From Erysipelotrichaceae bacterium (GTDB lineage: Bacteria; Bacillota_I; Bacilli_A; Erysipelotrichales; Erysipelotrichaceae), in the NCBI GenBank assembly GCA_963663995.1, contig OY760660.1, positions 1,680,001 to 1,712,000 of the forward strand: a stretch of DNA of 32,000 nucleotides, in the 5' to 3' direction. The notes beneath the pieces were generated by a model. That model had not been told where the DNA came from. It did no database searches and saw nothing but the letters and a program-made list of their open reading frames with translations. Position numbers and translations under genes: made by a program. This document shows positions 26,160 to 32,000 of this stretch, in pieces. Numbering within the stretch: position 1 is the first letter of the stretch; the number at the start of each line of letters is the position of its first letter.

Positions 26160-27037
26160 TGGAAACAAAACGCAAATGGTATTCCTTTGTCTTCAGTAAA
26201 TATTTCCCACTGGAAGTTTTAGCCTTTGTCTTAATGTTGATCTTCTTTTCACCCTTTGTTTTAGTTTTCATTAACTCATCAAAGACAGCTTACGAAATCA
26301 CATTAACACCTCTATCATTACCAACAGATTGGGGAAATCTCTATCGAAATATTATTGAGATTGCGACCCGTCCTAAAATTAATTACTTTAGTGCATTTAT
26401 AAATTCAACTATTATCACAACAACATCCTTAGTTGCGATTGGGGTATTAAGTGCTATGGCAGCTTGGGTCTTAGTTAGAACAAAGACTCGTTATTCAACT
26501 GTTATCTTTATGTTCTTTCTAGCAGGTATGGTTGTGCCGTTCCAAGTGGTCATGTTGCCACTAGTACGTTTACTTGAAACACTTAAACAATTAACGGGTA
26601 TTCCATTTAAGGATACTTATCAAGGCGTTATCTTAGCTTATATCGGCTTTGGTGCTCCACTTACCATCTTTATGTTTCATGGATTTATCAAATCCATTCC
26701 AATGGACATTGAAGAAGCAGCCATTATTGATGGCTGTACCCGTCCACAAGTATTCTTCAAAATAATTCTTCCTATTCTAAAACCAATCTTCGTGACCATG
26801 TTAGTTATTAATGGCATGTGGATCTGGAATGATTATCTACTTCCATTACTTGTAATCGGGGTCGGTGGTGATGTGAAGACATTACCATTATCAGTGGCTT
26901 CATTAGCTGGTTTCTATGATAAAGAATGGGCGCTCATTCTGACATCCGTCTTAATGGCTGCGCTTCCTGTACTTATTCTATTTATCTTTGCACAGAAACA
27001 TATTATTAAAGGTATGACTTCTGGGGCGATTAAATAA
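26159..27037 (+). CDS. Carbohydrate ABC transporter permease (CUT1, MalG-like)
   Basis: 292 aa with the EAA loop EAAIIDGCTRPQVFFKIILPIL. Its ATG overlaps the upstream TAA (TAATG). Confidence 0.88.
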   Translation: METKRKWYSFVFSKYFPLEVLAFVLMLIFFSPFVLVFINSSKTAYEITLTPLSLPTDWGNLYRNIIEIATRPKINYFSAFINSTIITTTSLVAIGVLSAMAAWVLVRTKTRYSTVIFMFFLAGMVVPFQVVMLPLVRLLETLKQLTGIPFKDTYQGVILAYIGFGAPLTIFMFHGFIKSIPMDIEEAAIIDGCTRPQVFFKIILPILKPIFVTMLVINGMWIWNDYLLPLLVIGVGGDVKTLPLSVASLAGFYDKEWALILTSVLMAALPVLILFIFAQKHIIKGMTSGAIK

Positions 27038-27178
27038 ATTGGTCAAAACGATAAAAGATAAATCGTTTAGATAGATGAACACCGAATTGCTTAAGTAGCT
27101 TCACATCGGTGTAAATCAAGAATTTGGTATTAATCAATCATTGAAGATTGATACACACTTTTTTCAATAAAGGAGGAC

Positions 27179-28447
27179 ATGAAATTGAAAAAATTAGCAT
27201 TGTTGTTGGCTTCTCTAGTTGTATTGGGTAGTTTAGTAGCTTGCTCATCTACACCTGCTGAAGAAGAAGTCGCAAAAACACTCGTAATTTTCCAAAACAA
27301 AGTTGAAATTGACGATGTGTTATCTGCATACGCTACTGCATGGGGTGAAGCAAATGACGTTGAAGTCACTGTTAAAACCTGTGGTGGTGATAGTTGTGCT
27401 TACGGTGACCAAATCTTGGCTGAATTCCAAGGTGAAAGACAACCAGACATCTTTGTTATCGAAGGTATGGGCGGATATAATATCTATAAAGATAATATCG
27501 CTGCATTCGAAGGTGATGCTTGGATTGACAACACTGGCTTAGAATTTACAGTTGATGGTATGGTTTATGGATTCCCTGTAGCTGTTGAAGCATGGGGTAT
27601 GGCTTACAATAAAACAATCTTAGAAGCTGCTGGTGTTGATATTGAAGCCTTAAAAGATGTTTCTCAAGCTGAATACGCTACTGTATTTAAACAAATTCAA
27701 GATTACTATGACGCTAATGGTATGTCAGACTACACTGTAGTTTCTATGGCTGCTGGCTCAGGTATGACATGGGTTACCGGCTTACATAACTTTAATGGTT
27801 ATCTATCAGCTGGTTTAGATTACACAGACAAAACTGTTATTGATAACTTAAATATGGGCATGGCTGATGCTGATCGTTTAGCTCAACTTGCTGATTGGGT
27901 TGAATTATTATTCATGTATGCTAATCCTACAGTATTAACAACTGGTGGTTATGATGAACAAGTTGGTGCATTCGCAACTGGTAAAGCTGCATTCTTACAC
28001 CAAGGTAACTGGACAGATAGTTCATACGGTGATTCCGATTTCGAAATGGGTTACTTACCACATGCTACAATGGCTGAAGGTAATGATTCTATCTTCATCG
28101 GTGCTCCATCATACTATGTAATTAACAATGCATCTGAAATGCAAGATGTTGCTAAAGCATTCTTAGAAGATTTAGCTGCAACTGCTGAAGGTCATGATTA
28201 CATGGTTAACCAAGCTAACATGGTTCCAGCATTCAATTCTGTAACATTATTACCAAAAACTCCATTATCAGCTAATGTTGTTCAATGGGTTCAAGCTGGT
28301 AAAATGTATGCATGGTGGCAAAATGATATGCCTTCAGGCTTCGGTATGGATACTTTAGGTCCTATCTACGGATTATTTGCTCAAGGTACTATTGATAAAG
28401 CTGAATTTATTACACAAGTTACAGCTGCTATTGAAACTTTAAAATAA
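27179..28447 (+). CDS. Extracellular sugar-binding lipoprotein of the ABC transporter
   Basis: 422 aa. The signal peptide carries a lipobox (LGSLVAC, Cys22) followed by a Ser/Thr/Glu linker. Composition is typical of family-1 SBPs. Strong RBS AAAGGAGGA. Confidence 0.85.
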   Translation: MKLKKLALLLASLVVLGSLVACSSTPAEEEVAKTLVIFQNKVEIDDVLSAYATAWGEANDVEVTVKTCGGDSCAYGDQILAEFQGERQPDIFVIEGMGGYNIYKDNIAAFEGDAWIDNTGLEFTVDGMVYGFPVAVEAWGMAYNKTILEAAGVDIEALKDVSQAEYATVFKQIQDYYDANGMSDYTVVSMAAGSGMTWVTGLHNFNGYLSAGLDYTDKTVIDNLNMGMADADRLAQLADWVELLFMYANPTVLTTGGYDEQVGAFATGKAAFLHQGNWTDSSYGDSDFEMGYLPHATMAEGNDSIFIGAPSYYVINNASEMQDVAKAFLEDLAATAEGHDYMVNQANMVPAFNSVTLLPKTPLSANVVQWVQAGKMYAWWQNDMPSGFGMDTLGPIYGLFAQGTIDKAEFITQVTAAIETLK

Positions 28448-28457
28448 GTAGCAATTA

Positions 28458-28485
28458 AAGGGCATAGCAATATGCCCTTTTCTTT
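28458..28485 (+). terminator. Rho-independent terminator after the binding-protein gene
   Basis: AAGGGCATA (28458-28466), loop GCAA, TATGCCCTT (28471-28479), then TTCTTT. Confidence 0.7.
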
Positions 28486-28509
28486 AAATATGTTTCGAGG
28501 TAAAAAGAC

Positions 28510-29469
28510 ATGAAAGTATGTACATTTGGAGAATTACTCATTGATGTCACACCCTATGGTGTATCTGATAAAGGTTATCCTGTCTCAGAATTTAATCCTG
28601 GTGGTGCGCCAGCTAATGTAGCAGTTGCTTTAGTTAATTTAGGTGTTGATGCAAGTTTCTTAGGACAAGTTGGTGATGATCATTGGGGTCATTTCTTAAA
28701 GTCTGTATTAGATGAGAAGAAAGTGGACACAGAAGGTTTACTTTTAACAAAGGACTACTTAACGACTTTAGCAATGGTCAACTTAGCTGACAATGGTGAG
28801 CGCTCTTTTAGCTTCTATCGTAAAGAAGGCGCAGATGTCATGATTAAAATGAATCAAGGTTTCAAAGATAAAATTGATGAAGCCAATGTATTTCATTTAG
28901 GTTCAGTTTCTATGAGTGATGAACCAAGTCGAAGCACCTCATTCGATTGTTTAAATTACGCTAAGACAAAAGGGAAAATAGTGAGTTATGATCCGAACTT
29001 AAGGGAATTATTGTGGCGTGATTTAAGTGAGGCGAAAAAACAAATCTTAAAAGGTATGCAATATGCCGATATTGTTAAAGTATCAGAAGAAGAACTCTTG
29101 TTTTTGACTAATGAGAAAGATGATGAAAAAGCTTGTCAACAACTAATGGATACTTATCCTATAAAGATATTATTAGTCACATATGGAGCAGATGGCTGTG
29201 CCGTATATTCACACTTTAAATTTACGAAAGTAAAACCCTTTAAAGTCAATGCAGTTGATACCACAGGGGCAGGGGATGCTTTCTTTGGGGCTTTTTTAGC
29301 TAAAGTATTAAAATCAAATAAAATTATTGCTTCTATTAGTCATGAAGAATTATGTAAATTTGCTAAGTTTGCGAATGCATGTGGCGCAATTGCGACCACT
29401 AAAAAAGGTGCAATTGGTGCACTCGCAACTGAAGAAATGATAAAAGGTCATTTTGGTGACATCGAATGA
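28510..29469 (+). CDS. PfkB-family fructokinase
   Basis: 319 aa with the motifs NPGGAPANVAVAL and DTTGAGDAFFGAFL. Its stop overlaps the next ATG (ATGA at 29466-29469). Confidence 0.85.
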   Translation: MKVCTFGELLIDVTPYGVSDKGYPVSEFNPGGAPANVAVALVNLGVDASFLGQVGDDHWGHFLKSVLDEKKVDTEGLLLTKDYLTTLAMVNLADNGERSFSFYRKEGADVMIKMNQGFKDKIDEANVFHLGSVSMSDEPSRSTSFDCLNYAKTKGKIVSYDPNLRELLWRDLSEAKKQILKGMQYADIVKVSEEELLFLTNEKDDEKACQQLMDTYPIKILLVTYGADGCAVYSHFKFTKVKPFKVNAVDTTGAGDAFFGAFLAKVLKSNKIIASISHEELCKFAKFANACGAIATTKKGAIGALATEEMIKGHFGDIE

Positions 29470-31283
29470 ATCATAGAAATGAAATAGAACGGTTATATTT
29501 AAAGGTTTATGGTGAATATGCCCGTCCTAAATTAGAAGAACTCTATCAAATAATGGATGATGCGAAAGCCAATCGTAAGAAAGATCTCGTTCAACTTGAT
29601 AGTAAACAAAAAAATTGGTATTTTTCACAATCATTAGTCGGGATGACACTTTATATTGATTTATTTGCAGGTGATATAAAAAAACTGATACGTAAGATTG
29701 ATTACTTTAATGATTTAGGAATTACGTTTATTCATTTAATGCCTTTATTGAAACCTCGTGATGGTGAAAATGATGGAGGATACGCTGTAGAAGATTATCG
29801 ACTGGTTGATCCTAATCTAGGGACTAATGAAGATTTGGTTAAACTTTTAGATGTCTATCGTAAGAATGGGATTTATATCTGTATTGACTACGTTATCAAT
29901 CATGTGGCTAAAGAACATGTTTGGGCACAAGCAGCCTTAAGTGGAGATAAGCATAAACAAGAGTATTTCATTATGTTTGATAATGATGAAATGCCAAGAC
30001 GATATAATCGTACTGTTCCTGAAGTGCTTCCTGATAAATGTCCTGGTAACTTTACGTTTTATCCTGAAATCAGCAAACATGTATTTACATCATTCTCAGA
30101 TTTTCAATGGGATTTAAACTTTAAAAATCCTGAAGTATTTAATGAAATGACTGATAATTTGTTGTATTTAGCAAACTTAGGTATCAACATGATTCGTTTA
30201 GATGCGATTCCATTTATGTGGAAAGAATTAGATACGACATGCAGAAACTTAGCTCCTATCCATGATTTAATGCGCTTATTCCATCATATAAAAGAAGATG
30301 TTTGTCCATCCTTAGCTCTTTTAGGTGAAGCGATTGTGGAACCTGAGGAAATTGTAAAATACTTTGGAAATGACCATGAATCTGAATGTGAAATCATGTA
30401 TAACGCTAATTTGATGGTTGATATTTATAATGCATTCGCAACACGTGATGTGCGTCTTATATCTGTTGATGCAAATAGATTCCAAATACCACAAAGAGCG
30501 AGTTGGATGAATTATGTTAGATGTCATGATGATATTGGTTGGGGGTTTAATAATGAAGCCATTCAATCCTTTGGTTTAGATCCTGACGCACATAAACAAT
30601 TTCTTATCCAATTCTATGGAAATTCATATGAGGGAACTTTCTCTAAAGGTGAATACTATCAATATAATCCGCTCACAAGAGATGCTCGAACCAATGGTAC
30701 TTTAGCTAGTTTATTGGGACTTGAAAAAGCTATTGATTTTAAAGAAACATATCGTCAATATGAAGCAGTAAGAAGGATTAATTTAGCCCATGCTTTGATT
30801 ATGAGTTATCGTGGTTTTCCATTAATTTACTCAGGCGACGAGATTGCAACATTAAATGATCAAAGTTATAAAGATGATTCTGCTAAATCACGTGAAGGTC
30901 GTTGGGTACATCGTCCATTCTTTGATTGGAAACGTTCTAAGAATAAGGATGAAAAAGGTACCTTTGAATATGAAGTTTATCAAAGTTTAAAAACACTTAT
31001 TCAAAAACGTAAGAAACTACCTTTCTTAAAAGGACAAGCTGTACAGTTTGCTTTAGATGTTCATAATAATGCTGTATTATGCCTAATTAGAAGACATGGC
31101 AATAATGCGATGTTTATGTTGTTTAATTTTTCTGAGAATACTCAAATTATTCAAACTGATATTTTAAGACAAGTCTTAAGTGCAAGTCATTATGAAGATA
31201 TCATTCAAGGCAGAGAATTTGATATGAACTGGCATAGTATTACTTTAAGTCCATATGAATATATTTGGGCAGTTCCTAAATAA
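29466..31283 (+). CDS. GH13 amylosucrase-like sucrose-active transglucosylase/hydrolase (cytoplasmic)
   Basis: 605 aa with no signal peptide. It appears collinear with Neisseria polysaccharea amylosucrase as I recall that sequence: DGGYAVEDYRLVDPNLGT, FQWDLNFKNPEVF, the nucleophile in MIRLDAIPFMW (D246), the acid/base in LLGEAIV (E288), YVRCHDDIGW (D355), and PLIYSGDEIATLND. Confidence 0.8.
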   Translation: MNHRNEIERLYLKVYGEYARPKLEELYQIMDDAKANRKKDLVQLDSKQKNWYFSQSLVGMTLYIDLFAGDIKKLIRKIDYFNDLGITFIHLMPLLKPRDGENDGGYAVEDYRLVDPNLGTNEDLVKLLDVYRKNGIYICIDYVINHVAKEHVWAQAALSGDKHKQEYFIMFDNDEMPRRYNRTVPEVLPDKCPGNFTFYPEISKHVFTSFSDFQWDLNFKNPEVFNEMTDNLLYLANLGINMIRLDAIPFMWKELDTTCRNLAPIHDLMRLFHHIKEDVCPSLALLGEAIVEPEEIVKYFGNDHESECEIMYNANLMVDIYNAFATRDVRLISVDANRFQIPQRASWMNYVRCHDDIGWGFNNEAIQSFGLDPDAHKQFLIQFYGNSYEGTFSKGEYYQYNPLTRDARTNGTLASLLGLEKAIDFKETYRQYEAVRRINLAHALIMSYRGFPLIYSGDEIATLNDQSYKDDSAKSREGRWVHRPFFDWKRSKNKDEKGTFEYEVYQSLKTLIQKRKKLPFLKGQAVQFALDVHNNAVLCLIRRHGNNAMFMLFNFSENTQIIQTDILRQVLSASHYEDIIQGREFDMNWHSITLSPYEYIWAVPK

Positions 31284-31289
31284 TGAAAC

Positions 31290-31322
31290 GAATAGTATCC
31301 TTTGATGGTTGCTATTCTTTTT
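31290..31322 (+). terminator. Candidate terminator after the GH13 gene
   Basis: Imperfect hairpin GAATAGTATCC / GGTTGCTATTC (9 of 11 pairs), followed by TTTTT (31318-31322). Confidence 0.45.
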
Positions 31323-31340
31323 CCAGTATAATTAAACTAA

Positions 31341-32000
<660 letters not shown>

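Overview
This is a densely coding, low-GC Firmicutes-like chromosomal window, and most of it is core metabolism. All calls rest on motif recognition by eye, with no database search.

Gene content from left to right:
- An ECF-type sigma factor (-).
- Glutamate synthase gltB-gltD (+) with a clean intrinsic terminator.
- A small, visibly more AT-rich two-gene HipA-type kinase toxin-antitoxin module (7162-8540) with its own duplicated promoter/operator unit.
- A translationally coupled trio of two uncharacterised polytopic membrane proteins plus an M20 metallopeptidase.
- A single 13-gene minus-strand lipid operon running from 21961 down to 11237: acpP-accB-accC-accD-accA-fabH-fabK-(second NMO/FabK-family paralogue)-fabD-fabG-fabF-fabZ-plsC.
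- A divergent class-I biotin ligase, then a Ppx/GppA phosphatase.
- A LacI-regulated sugar locus: two CUT1 ABC permeases, a lipoprotein binding protein, a PfkB fructokinase and a cytoplasmic GH13 amylosucrase-like enzyme.
- The 5' part of gdhA, running off the window end.

No rRNA, tRNA, CRISPR array, transposase or integrase was seen.

The most interesting items are:
1. The split HipA system, in which the HipA N-terminal/HipS-like domain appears fused to the HTH antitoxin and the kinase is a minimal 273-aa HipA_C core.
2. The extra flavoprotein in the fab operon, which carries a C-x2-C-x3-C-x7-C motif. This recalls the [4Fe-4S] FMN enzyme FabX, in an operon that has no fabA, fabM or fabN.
3. 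The membrane-membrane-M20 trio.
4. An amylosucrase-based, non-PTS sucrose route.
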